Below the pieces are notes generated by a model. It did not search any database, was not told the DNA's origin, and worked only from the letters and a program-made list of their open reading frames with translations. Of a stretch of DNA of 64,000 nt, positions 12,850-23,975 are shown piece after piece. Position 1 is the first letter of the stretch. Every line of letters starts with the position of its first letter. The translations under genes were made by a program, and so were the position numbers. Source of the DNA: Sphagnum compactum (taxonomy: Eukaryota); contig OZ234493.1 of assembly GCA_965153455.1 (NCBI GenBank), forward strand, positions 28,572,213 to 28,636,212, written 5' to 3'.

Positions 12850-14240
12850 ATAATTCTACCTTGATTTAATTAAATTATTTAGTTTTCTTGGATGGATATT
12901 AGAATCCTCACTTTGTTCCATTTTTGTCTACTTTTTCCAAACTTCTTGGGCCAAGTTATACACACTATACCAAAACATAATTTTTACAATTGATTTTTTC
13001 CAACTATAGTCAAATCAAACCCATTGCTTATTATGCCCATGGATGTCATTGATGTCATATAGGATTTGTCATGGGTGTCATGTTTTGACATAGTGACATT
13101 TGTGTAAATCTAATTGAAGAGACTTGATAGAATTATATTTAAATTTTAGCAATTTTTTTATATGTTGTCACATATTAACAAGCCTTAGAAAAATCATGGG
13201 CGAAACAAGTACTTTGAAATTTTTTAGGTCCAAAGCCAAACATTGACAACTCACAACAAACTTCAAACTTTAATGTAGTTGTCATAACATTCAAGTTTGA
13301 TCCCTTATCCTTTACATAAACAAAACTTTTTTTTCTCAACCAATATTCATCCAATAATTTTGTTAAATTTATTGCCAAAGCTTGATTAGTAACTTTTGTT
13401 GCTTCAAACAAACCAATAGCAACATGCTTTTGTTACCAATCAACTCCTAATTTTTTTTATTATAAAGGAAAAAATGTCATATGCACCTTGGGACAATCAC
13501 AAATTAAAACTTGTTGGAATGTTGAACTATGCTAATTTTGATAGAACATACTCTTGTTTTGTTTTTCTCCGCCAATTTAAACAACACCTCTTGATTCAAA
13601 ATAATTTTTTGAAGGAAAGACCATTTAAGGACATAAATGTAAGGTTAAACAATTGAACCAAAAAATTTCCACAAATTACATTGGCAAATGATTTTTGATA
13701 ATCAAAAGGCCTAAGTTTTGTAAAAATGATTTTTGTTACACATCATCTTTTTTGAAAAGATCTTTTGTAACAAAAAAAATTCAAATTTGACCTCTACACA
13801 AATTAGACCTTTTTTTCATTGGTTGAATTTAAACATTTTTTTTCAATAGACTATTGATTTCCTTCTCAAAATTTTGGGCAATAATGGCATGATCTGCATT
13901 CACATGTTTATTGAAAGTTGAACTGCACCATTTGTTTTGTAATATAATATTAATTCTTTTCTTGCATGAATTTTTTGATTATATGCATTGACAAGATTGT
14001 TGTAATAAAAAATACAATGCATCATCTCAGTTTTTTAAAATCAATTTCTTTGTTATCATTAACACACACAAAAAACCTAATAGTGTGCATTTCTAACATG
14101 AAGTTTCCATTTAATTTTTAGAACATGCAATTTTAAAAGTTTCATTTTCATTATTTCTTCTTCATTTTCAAGACCTTTGTTGCTTTCTATTTCCACATAA
14201 GGATATTCTTTAAAACCTCTTCCATAGGAATATGACTAAT
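12850..14240 (-). pseudogene. Decayed hAT-superfamily transposase
   Basis: Fragmented minus-strand frames read FFVCVNDNK (BED-finger-like), LGLLIIKNHLPM*FVE, LHLCP*MVFPS and FEATKVTNQALAINLTKLLDEY..YVKDKGSNLN..CFAHDFSKAC (hAT DxxxN and CxxH motifs). Many stops and frameshifts. Confidence 0.75.
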
Positions 14241-16072
14241 AAAAATTTCAAATGTTTCATTTTAAGTTTTTTTTTTTCATTTTGATTTAATTGCTCCATT
14301 TTTTCTCAAAAGTGTTACACAACAAGAATGGAAAAACCAAAAAAAAAAATTGTTTTACCAAACAATGGTTTAATTTCTAACTTACAAGTTGATTTAACTA
14401 TCTAAAGCCTACCAAATATAACTCCAAACATTTACAAACATATTTTCTTCATTATAATGTTGCCATGTTTAATAATAATAATAGATAAATAAATAAAACA
14501 CAAGTTGAACATGAGTTTTTTTGTTGCATATGAACTTGAAAATAAATCAAAACAAATAAATAAACAAATGATTTTTTAAAAAACCTAAAAACAAATGGAA
14601 AGAAAAATCTTTACTTATGAAATGGAAAATGGAGTTATAATTTCAATGTAATGTTTCCATGCTTTTCATTGTCAAACTTGCACAAAACAGGCGAGGATGG
14701 GGGGTAATACCAAACTAATGCAATGGGTTGGGTAACAATGTGAGGAGATGAACAACATGGAAAACAGGTCAAAAAGGTATCAAAATTGAAAGGTCAATTA
14801 GCAACATGAGATGCCAAATAGTAGTAGTTTGAGAGACTAAACAATACCAATGCAAGGGGTAAAGTAGCAATGCAAGGTGTCAAACAACAATGAAAGCGGT
14901 CAAGCATAAATGTGAAGTGTGTGAAGTCCCAAGCAACAACACAAAGTGCTAAACAATAACAAAAGGGGCCAAATAATAATGCAAAGGGGAATGTAACAAC
15001 ATGAAAAGTTGTATAAGAAATGGAAGGAACCAAGACGAATAAAAACCTATAGGCCACCCAAAAAAAAATTTAACACAAGAAAACAAAACCAAAGTTGAAA
15101 GCTCAAGCTACGAAACACAAAACAAAATTCAAATGAAACACATAAATGAAACAAACAAAACAAAGTGGGACCCAAGCTAGACTTGGGACCCATTTTATCT
15201 TCTTATGAAGACAATGACAAGAAGAAAAGAACCAACAATTGGGGCAATGTCACCTTAAAACATGAAACACTATTTTTTTCTTTGGATACCTAGACTATAA
15301 ACTAGTAATTAGTAAAATAGCCTAAGAAATAGACTAAACATTATGCCCCTAAAATTGAAAATTGTACCATGTTTTTTTAAATACCTTGTTAGGGTATCGT
15401 TATTATCAAATTCATACACCTTGCGAATGTGTCAAGGGGCAAGTTCTCACCTTAATGAAATCTTAAGGGTTGAATATCAACCCAAATATCATTATGAGTG
15501 ATATTTGGCAGCTCTCCTAGTTAGGACAAGGAGAACTTTCTCAAACTTCTAACTAGTTTTCACATGATTTTTTATATTCACTCAACATTGGTTGAAACTA
15601 GTTGACATGGGGATGCAATGAACTATAAGCTATATAGTTTCCCAATGTTTGTTTGAACTATGAGGCTAGTTTATTAAAAAAATACACTTACTTTTGAAGC
15701 ATGAAAGGAATGTTGGTCATGGATTAATTTCAAGCATGTTTGTGGTCATTAATTAGAGGTGATAATTACAATATATGAGTCTTTTATCATCAAGTGAATC
15801 AAACTTTCATCTTGGTGGATTTTTATAAAAAAAATTGAGCTTGCAATGTTTTGGACATATAATGTGAATACCAAATATCTAGCTTTGAAGGTGTTGTTCA
15901 AATATTTTTGCTTTGCAATATGATGTAACACAATATTGGTATCATGATTGCCATCATATTTCATAGGACTCTTACTTCTTTCAAGTTCATAATTAAATGT
16001 GTTATCTTATTTGAACTTTTTGAAATGTTTTGAATGGATTGTGCAAATGATGTTATCTTGTGTGGAGTAGAA

Positions 16073-16457
16073 TGTCATGGCCTAGGATATTTTGGGATAC
16101 TTTTAGCAATGTCATGTCCTAGGATATTTTGGGCAATATCATGGCCTAGGATATTTTGGGATACTTTTGGCAATATCATGGCCTAGGATATTTTGGGATA
16201 CTTTTGGCAATGTCATGTCCTAGGATATTTTGGGCAATATCATGGCCTAGGATATTTTGGGCAATATCATGGCCTAGGATATTTTGGGATACTTTTGGCA
16301 ATATCATGGCCTAGGATATTTTGGGACTAGTATGGCTCAGGGTTATAAAAAGAGATAGTTTGGGGAACAACCCTTTAGCAGATCAACACCAGTTGATGGG
16401 TCAGTAAAGCTTGTCTTGTCTTGTAATTCTCCACTTGTTTGTAGTCGGTCCATAATA
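16073..16457 (+). repeat. 5' LTR (385 bp; U3 has 8 copies of a 27/37-bp unit)
   Basis: TGTCATGG...CCATAATA. TATAAAA at 16344-16350. The non-repeat 3' part differs from the 3' LTR by 3 C/T transitions. Confidence 0.93.
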
Positions 16458-16597
16458 GTTTGATCTGCTCCTTCTTCTTGTTTGTTTGTTTTGTTGTTTC
16501 AGTAAGTAGCTAGAGGTATATTGGAGTGAAACTTGGAAAGGTTATAGACTATAGGACGCTTCTACTCTCAAAGTTTCAAAAGAAAAGGATATGTTTT

Positions 16598-17250
16598 GAG
16601 AGAGATCCAAGCATCTGAAATTTCAAGTGTAGATCTGGTTTTTTGGTCATATCTCCTTTGTGTAAGCTTTTTTGGGTCTGTAACTTTGTGATCTTATAGA
16701 TCATATAGGAATATATGTGTGAGAGAAATTTCATGTCATTTGGACTTGTATTGAGAGAGATCCAAGCATCTGAAATTTCAAGTGCAGATCTGGTTTTTTG
16801 GTCATATCTCCTTTGTGTAAGCTTTTTTGGGTCTGTAACTTTGTGATCTTGTAGATCATATAGGAATATATGTGTGAAAGAAATTTCATGTCATTTGGAC
16901 TTGTATTGAGAGAGATCCAAGCATCTGAAGTTTCAAGTGCAGATCTGGTTTTTTGGTCATATCTCCTTTGTGTAAGCTTTTTTGGGTCTGTAACTTTGTG
17001 ATCTTATAGATCATATAGGAATATATGTGTGAGAGAAATTTCATGTCATTTGGACTTGTATTGAGAGAGATTCAAGCATCTGAAGTTTCAAGTGCAGATC
17101 TGGTTTTTTGGTCATATCTCCTTTGTGTAAGCTTTTTTGGGTCTGTAACTTTGTGATCTTATAGATCATATAAGAATATATGTGTGAGAGAAATTTCATG
17201 TCATTTGGACTTGTATTGAGAGAGATCCAAGCATCTGAAGTTTCAAGTTT
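16598..17250 (+). repeat. 155-bp tandem repeat x ~4.2 in the retrotransposon 5' leader
   Basis: GAGAGAGAT(C/T)CAAGCATCTGAA... starts at 16598, 16753, 16908, 17063 and 17218 (partial); copies are nearly identical. Confidence 0.95.
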
Positions 17251-17286
17251 GAAGATTGAAAGCGCAAAAGTGTGAGAACTACCACC

Positions 17287-18261
17287 ATGGACAACTTAGA
17301 ATCCAACATCGATCTCACTCAAATCCTCGCCGCCCTTCAGCACCTTCAACAAGAAAATGCCGTGCTTAGAGACTCGGTGACCCGCCTACAGAATCAGCCA
17401 CCACCTCCTGCCCCAGTACTTTCTGCTCTTGTAATGGCCGCCCAAGAGCCCAAGATCAGTCTGCCAGAAAAGTTTGATGGAACGCGCCTCAAATTTCGAG
17501 GCTTTGTCAGCCAGGTACGCCTGATCATGCAACTACACCCCCGTCGTTATTTTGATGACACCATTCGTGTAGGATTCGTTGGAACCCTACTTACTGGGAT
17601 AGCTGCAGCATGGTTTGCTCCCATCCTGGAAACATCATCCCCTCTTCTACAAGATTTCAACGCCTTTATGGCAGAATTTGAAGCAGTATTTGGGGACAGT
17701 GATAAGGCCAGGACTTCAGCCAACAAGCTACGTCGCCTCCAGCAAGGGACACGTTCGGCCATCGTCTATGCCTCAGAATTCAGGCAGCTTGCCTGTGACG
17801 TCAATTGGGGAGAAGCTGCCTTGATTGATCAGTTTCGCTGTGGGCTTCGTGATGATGTTCAAGATCTTTTGTTGACACTCGCAGACCCTTCTTCCTTCAG
17901 TGAAGTCATCACCCAGGCAATTCGGTGCGATAATCGTCTGTTCGAACGTCGCCAGGAAAAGAAAGTCACCTCCAACGCCCAGCTTTGGAACAGGCGGCCT
18001 ACTACGCTCCCCTTAGTTCCCCAAACAACACCAGTTGCCCAACCTGCCTCTTTTGGACCTGCTCCGATGCAGATCGACACAACTAAGTTTAAATCTTTGA
18101 CAGAAGTCGAGAAACTTCGCCGAAGGACAAACAATCTATGTCTTTACTGTGGCAACCCAGGGCATATAGCTCGTCAATGCCCTCAAAAGCTTGTCAAACT
18201 TCAGGTACAAGCTGTGGAAACTCCCCAGGAGTTAGAAAACAAGAACATCCGGTCACAGTAG
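17287..18261 (+). CDS. gag: Retrotransposon Gag (capsid + CCHC zinc knuckle)
   Basis: ATG at 17287 in ACCACCATGG context. Motifs EPKISLPEKFDG, LRRLQQGTRSAIVYASEF, PMQID and CLYCGNPGHIARQC are typical of Ty3/Gypsy (PEG10/sushi-like) Gag. Confidence 0.95.
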   Translation: MDNLESNIDLTQILAALQHLQQENAVLRDSVTRLQNQPPPPAPVLSALVMAAQEPKISLPEKFDGTRLKFRGFVSQVRLIMQLHPRRYFDDTIRVGFVGTLLTGIAAAWFAPILETSSPLLQDFNAFMAEFEAVFGDSDKARTSANKLRRLQQGTRSAIVYASEFRQLACDVNWGEAALIDQFRCGLRDDVQDLLLTLADPSSFSEVITQAIRCDNRLFERRQEKKVTSNAQLWNRRPTTLPLVPQTTPVAQPASFGPAPMQIDTTKFKSLTEVEKLRRRTNNLCLYCGNPGHIARQCPQKLVKLQVQAVETPQELENKNIRSQ

Positions 18262-18309
18262 GAGCCGTGCGACTGGATCTCACCCAACACCACCTTTGCA
18301 AAGGCTCCT
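18234..18309 (+). promoter_or_regulatory. Putative -1 programmed ribosomal frameshift signal (slippery site + pseudoknot)
   Basis: A_GAA_AAC at 18234-18240, 6-nt spacer, stem 1 ATCCGGTC (18247-54)/GACTGGAT (18271-78), and loop AGGAGCC (18260-66) complementary to GGCTCCT (18303-09). Confidence 0.7.
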
Positions 18310-21300
18310 GTTCCGCTGTTGGTCCCAGTCCCAGTTTCACTCAGTATGTGGACATCATTCGTATTCCAGAAGACATACCACAAGTGTCAGCTTTGGTGGA
18401 CTCCGGCGCCACCTCTTCTTTCATCGACCAAACATTTGTCGTCCAACACAACATCCCTGTGGTCAAGAAGTCAACCCTTGTTCCGGTAGAGGTTATTGAT
18501 GGGAGAACCATTGCTTCTGGTGCAATCACACACGAGACAACCCCTCTAGAACTCTGTATCGACAAGCACAAGGAGAAGATTGTTCTCAACATCATTTCCA
18601 CCCCTCACCATCCCATCATCCTTGGTCTGCCTTGGCTAGAAGCACACAACCCTATCATTGATTGGCGATCTAGAACCCTCACCTTCAGCGCACAACGATG
18701 CACCTCTCAAGAACCCCACGCTCAGAAAAACACTTTGTCTAGTCCTGCCAAGAACCCTGTGGTCGAGAACCTAAAGAGGGTCAGAACCAATTCCAGTTTT
18801 ATCAAGTCTGTTATGTCAAATCATGCAGTCAAGAACCCCCGGTTGGTCAGAACGAAACCTTGTCCTGTCAAGAATCTTGTCAAGAATCCTGCCCAGAAAA
18901 CCAACCCTGTTCAGATCTTCGTTGATAGAGCTGTCCCTTTCTATCGGGCTGCTAAGAATCTTCAAGTCTTCGCCATCCATGTCAACCCAGCCAACACCAC
19001 AAACCCCCAATCAGAACCAACACCTGTCAAACTTCCCAAGAAGTACAAGGACTTTGTTGATGTTTTTGAAAAGATTAATGCTGATCAGCTCCCCGCCCAT
19101 AGTCCATATGACTGCCCGATTGATCTAGAAGAAGGACACTCACCACCCTTTGGTCCTATCTATGGCCTATCGGAACCGGAACTCCAAGCCCTGCGTGATT
19201 ACCTTACTGAAAATCTTGCCAAGGGGTTCGTTCAGCATTCCAAGTCTCCAGCCGGCGCCCCAATTTTGTTTGTCAAGAAGAAGGATGGCTCCCTTCGACT
19301 CTGTGTGGATTATCGTGGACTCAACAAGATAACCAAAAAGAATCGATATCCTTTGCCCTTGATTTCACGTCTCCTAGATCGACTACGTATCGGGAAGATC
19401 TTCACCAAGCTTGACCTCCGTGGAACCTACAACTTACTCAGGATTCGCCCTGGTGATGAATGGAAGACAGCTTTCCGCACACGCTATGGCCACTTCGAAT
19501 ACACGGTCATGCCCTTTGGCCTCACCAATGCACCCGCAGTCTTTCAGCATCTGATGAATGATATCTTCCGGGATTACATGGACGAATTTGTCGTGGTCTA
19601 TTTGGATGACATTTTAATCTTTTCCAAGGACCAGGAAACCCACGACAAACATGTACGATTGGTGCTTGCGACGCTGCGGGAGCATGGCTTATACGCCAAG
19701 TTGGAAAAATGTGAATTCGACAAATCTTCAGTGGCGTTCCTCGGCTACGTGATCTCTCCAGATGGCATTTTCATGGACAAGTCAAAGGTCGAGACCATCC
19801 AGTGTTGGGCTACTCCATCCTCGGTCAAGGACGTTCAACGCTTCCTAGGGTTTGCCAACTTCTATCGTCGGTTTATCAAAGGCTACTCTAAGATCACAAC
19901 ACCGTTAATAACCCTGACTTGCAAAGACAAGCCCTTCTCGTGGAATCCAACGGCCCAGGCTGCTTTTGATACTCTCAAGATGGCATTCACCTCTGCACCC
20001 ATCCTGATACATCCCGATCCTGCCAAGCCATTCATTGTGGAAACGGACGCTTCAGATTTTGCCTTGGGAGCTATTCTATCTCAATTTGGAATAGATGGGT
20101 TGCTGCATCCAATTGCTTTTTATTCACGGAAGTTAACCAGTGCCGAAATCAACTACCAGGTCTACGATAAGGAACTTCTGGCAATCATCACGGCATTCGA
20201 GCAGTGGAGACCGTATCTTGCCGGAGCTCAACATCGAGTCCAAGTTCTAACAGATCACAAGAATCTCCTTTATTTCACAACTACTCGGACCTTAAATCGT
20301 CGCCAGGCACGCTGGTCTATCTTCCTAGCTGATTTCGACTTTGAGATTCAGTATCAACCCGGCACCCAGCAAGGGAAAGCTGACGCGCTATCTCGTCGTT
20401 CAGAATATGAACTTCGAGCGGGGGATGAGGCCTACGGCCAGCAGAACCAGACTTTACTCAACCCCGAGCAATTTCGAGTTGCAGCAACAATCAGCACCCT
20501 CCCAGACTCATACCTTGTCAGGGACATCAAGATGGCAACTGAGGAAGACACCTGGGCTACCAACATCAAGAAGGAACTCCAGGAACGACCAAGGAACCCA
20601 AATCGTGATGACTTGGATCAATTTGAGCAGCAAGACGGACTTCTCCTTCGAAATAACCTGATTTATGTACCCGAAGGACCTATACGCCTAAAAATCCTGA
20701 GGGAATGCCACGACAACACCCTGGCAGGTCACTTTGGAATGGCACGGACTCACGAACTAGTGTCAAGGACTTACTGGTGGCCCAAAATGAACAAGATGCT
20801 ACGGGAGTATGTCAAGTCTTGTGATACATGTGCTCGATCCAAGGCTCCCAGGCATCGCCCGTTTGGACTCCTACAGCCTCTGTCAATTCCTAGCCGACCT
20901 TGGGGATCTATTGCAATGGACTTCATCACGGACCTCCCTACTGTCAGAACCAAGAATTCAATACTGGTTGTGGTCGATCGACTCACCAAAATGGCCCATT
21001 TCACCCCTTGTTCCAAGTCAATTACGGCAGAAGAGACAGCTTAGTTAATTCTGGATGGGATCGTCCGACTGCATGGACTCCCCGAGGAAATTGTGTCCGA
21101 CAGAGGTCCTCAGTTTGCATCCAAGTTCTGGCATCGTCTATTCGAGCTTCTTGGAGTTGACATTCGGCTATCTTCAGCTTTCCACCCTGAGACAGATGGA
21201 CAAACCGAACGGACAAATCAGACACTCGAGCAATACCTTCGCTGCACTGTGAACTACCAACAGGACGACTGGCTGGACCTACTATCTCAAGCAGAGTTTG

Positions 21301-21992
21301 CTTATAATAACACAACACATGCATCGACCGGGGTCAGTCCATTCTTTGCCAATTACGGTTTTCATCCCAGGTTCAGCCTTGAAATTCCTGGAGACTCCGT
21401 AAACCCCTCGGCTGAAGAAAGGGCCACGAGGCTTGGACAGGTTCAACAGAACCTTATGGCAGAACTCAAGCTAACACAGGAGTGGCAAAAGAAGCAAGCA
21501 GACCGCCGACGCAAGGACCATCCAAACTTCAAGGTTGGAGACAAGGTCTGGCTTCTCAGAAAGAACATTGCTACCACTCGCCCATGTGCCAAGTTGGATT
21601 ACAAGCGCCTCGGACCTTTCAAAATCGCCAAATTGGTTGGTCTAGTGGCTTGCCAGTTGGAGCTTCCACCCCAGTTCAAAATCCATAATGTTTTCCATGT
21701 CTCCCTGCTTGAGCCCTATCATGAAAACCCGATCCCAGAACGTCATCAAGAACCCCCAGCTCCAGTCGAAATTGAAGGCCAAGAAGAGTTTGAAGTTCAG
21801 GAGGTCTTGGACTCCAAGAAGATTCGTGGAAAGCTCCTGTACCTTGTCTTTTGGCGAGGTTATCCTCCTTCTGAAGCTACTTGGGAGCCTGCTGGAAACC
21901 TAGTTCATGCCCAAGACTTAGTTAATCGGTTTCACCAACGATATCCTAACAAACCGGCTCCATCTAGAAGATGTCGCTTGAGGAGAGGATAA
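18234..21992 (+). pseudogene. pol: Retrotransposon Pol (PR, RT, RNase H, integrase, chromodomain) in the -1 frame to gag, broken by one in-frame TAG at 21042-21044
   Basis: ALVDSGAT (protease); LCVDYRGLN and YLDDILI (RT); ETDASDFALG, DKELLAI and TDHKNL (RNase H); H-x6-H...CDTC, IAMDF, SDRGPQF and DGQTER (integrase); FEVQEVLDSKKIRGKLLYLVFWRGY..EATWEP (chromodomain). ORFs 18138-21044 and 21093-21992 are in the same frame. Confidence 0.95.
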
Positions 21993-22222
21993 TGTCATGG
22001 CCTAGGATATTTTGGGATACTTTTGGCAATGTCATGTCCTAGGATATTTTGGGATACTTTTGGCAATATCATGGCCTAGGATATTTTGGGACTAGTATGG
22101 CTCAGGGTTATAAAAAGAGATAGTCTGGGGAACAACCCTTTAGTAGATCAACACCAGTTGATGGGTCAGTAAAGCTTGTCTTGTCTTGTAATTCTCCACT
22201 TGTTTGTAGTCGGTCCATAACA
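21993..22222 (+). repeat. 3' LTR (230 bp; 3 copies of the U3 unit)
   Basis: TGTCATGG...CCATAACA, immediately after the polypurine tract at 21980-21992. Confidence 0.93.
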
Positions 22223-23769
22223 GTTGTATTACATATATTGTCCCTTATATGAAAAGTTCATGTCATGCAATGTTATATAACGTGATTTTGATATTATGAA
22301 TATCATCCTTCATGTTTTTTAGCAATGATACATGCATTTTTGGTGACATATGTTGAACTATTATTCCTTGTTGTATATTTTCAAGCAAAAACCTTCTTTT
22401 TAATATTTGCCCACTTCCAAGGGCAAGAAATTGTCTTTTTGCAAAAATGAATGAATGCCATGGACAAGAAATAATGTCATTAATGTTCACACCAAGTGAA
22501 CATGAAAAATGACCATGATGCATAATACATTGTAAATATAAATAATAATTATACATTATCCCATAAAATGCAACATTTTAGTGGATCGATTGAACAAACA
22601 AAAGGATGATATGCAATTATTAAAGGAATGAAACAAGGTTGTATTCCTGACACACCTTTAAGTTTGTCAAGTGGTAATGGTGGTTGAGAAATGTGTGTAG
22701 AAATCTACCATGCCCTTTTTGTCACTTCAACTACATATATAAGCAAAGAGACTGTTTAATAAAATTTTGAACTAAAAATTGAGTCATAGACACACACAAA
22801 TTCAACCATGACCTACATTTTGGTAAAAAACACTACCCTCATTAAATTATATTTTGCAAGTTTTATTACATGTTTCTATGGGAATTGTATATCTATATGA
22901 CTTTAAAAAAAATAAAATTGGTGGAAGTTCCCAAAACTCAAAATGTTTCAAGCCCAAACTATGATTGAAATTTTTTAAACATAAGGGGTCATTGACACCC
23001 TTGGAATCATGACAATCAATGGTTTTTTAATTGTCCCTAGCTCTTGAATCAATGTTGAAATATTTACATGTATTTTGTCATTATAAGCAATTGATGAGGA
23101 TTGGAAGAAAATGTATTGTTTATTATATAATTGAAATTTTATTGGAACTTTGAGCCAACCTTGGGGATAAATTTATCATCAAATAACTCGAAGTTCAATT
23201 ACAAACATTGATTTTTTTCAAAAAAATTTGTGACTTTCCAACAACAAAAAATAGGATTCCTTTTTCCAATGTCATTCGACTTTTTTTTTCTAATGTTTTG
23301 GGGAAAATTTCAAAAAAATTTGATGTCAAATAATTTTTTAAAGAAGGAAAATCTTTGATGAGAAGGTGGTAAAATAGTGAATTTTCTCAATAAAAATTTA
23401 GAGATTCTATGAAAATGTCATATATGTCCATACAAATGACATTGTTGGACAATAATAGTTGTCAAATGGTCTCGCTATAAGGTATAAGGAACAAGTGTAG
23501 ATTTTTGTTGGTAGAAAACTATGAACATGAAACTTCCCCAACTTGTTTTGATATAACCACAAAGGTGTTGACAACATTGATTAGTATGTGTTGGACATTA
23601 GTGGCTTGAGTGTAATATTCAAACCAAACAACTTGCACCTACATAGGTAAGGTGTTATGCTATTTGCATGACACAATCATGACATCCTTATGAACCATTC
23701 AAATATCAATAACTATAGAAATCACTAATGACACCAACCTTGATGCATTGTGGTTCCATAAGACATAAC

Positions 23770-23975
23770 ATACCATGAAAACCAATTGTTGACTTGTGAA
23801 CTCTCATTATGAACTACACATATTGCTAAGTCTTGATAACATACCAATGAAAATCAATTGTCAACTTGTGAATTTTCATTATGAACTACATACATATTGC
23901 TCAGTCTTGGTAAAATACCAATGAAAATCGATTGTCAACTTGTGAACTTTCATTATGAATTACACACATATTGAG
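23770..23975. repeat. ~64-bp degenerate tandem repeat x3
   Basis: ACCAATGAAAATCAATTGTCAACTTGTGAA..TTCATTATGAACTACAC is repeated three times. Confidence 0.8.

Larger units (their letters stand above)
16073..22222 (+). mobile_element. Ty3/Gypsy chromovirus LTR retrotransposon (Tcn1/Tf1-sushi-like), near full length
   Basis: Two homologous LTRs (16073-16457 and 21993-22222) both start TGTCA; the 3' LTR ends ...ATAACA. PPT GAGGAGAGGATAA lies directly before the 3' LTR. Gag ORF followed by pol with domain order PR-RT-RH-IN-chromodomain. Confidence 0.97.

Noticed and set aside
16073-17250. LTR length difference (155 bp) equals the leader repeat unit length (155 bp)
   Set aside because: The sequences are unrelated; 2x37+3x27=155 explains the LTR difference, so this is a coincidence.
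18213-18226. GGAAACTCCCC, resembling the PEG10 slippery context
   Set aside because: In the gag frame it reads GTG GAA ACT, which is not an X_XXY_YYZ heptamer, and it is too far from the pseudoknot.
21042-21047. Programmed readthrough of the TAG in integrase
   Set aside because: The context TAG-TTA-ATT is not a known readthrough motif and the stop is in the middle of the catalytic core. A point mutation (e.g. CAG>TAG) is simpler.
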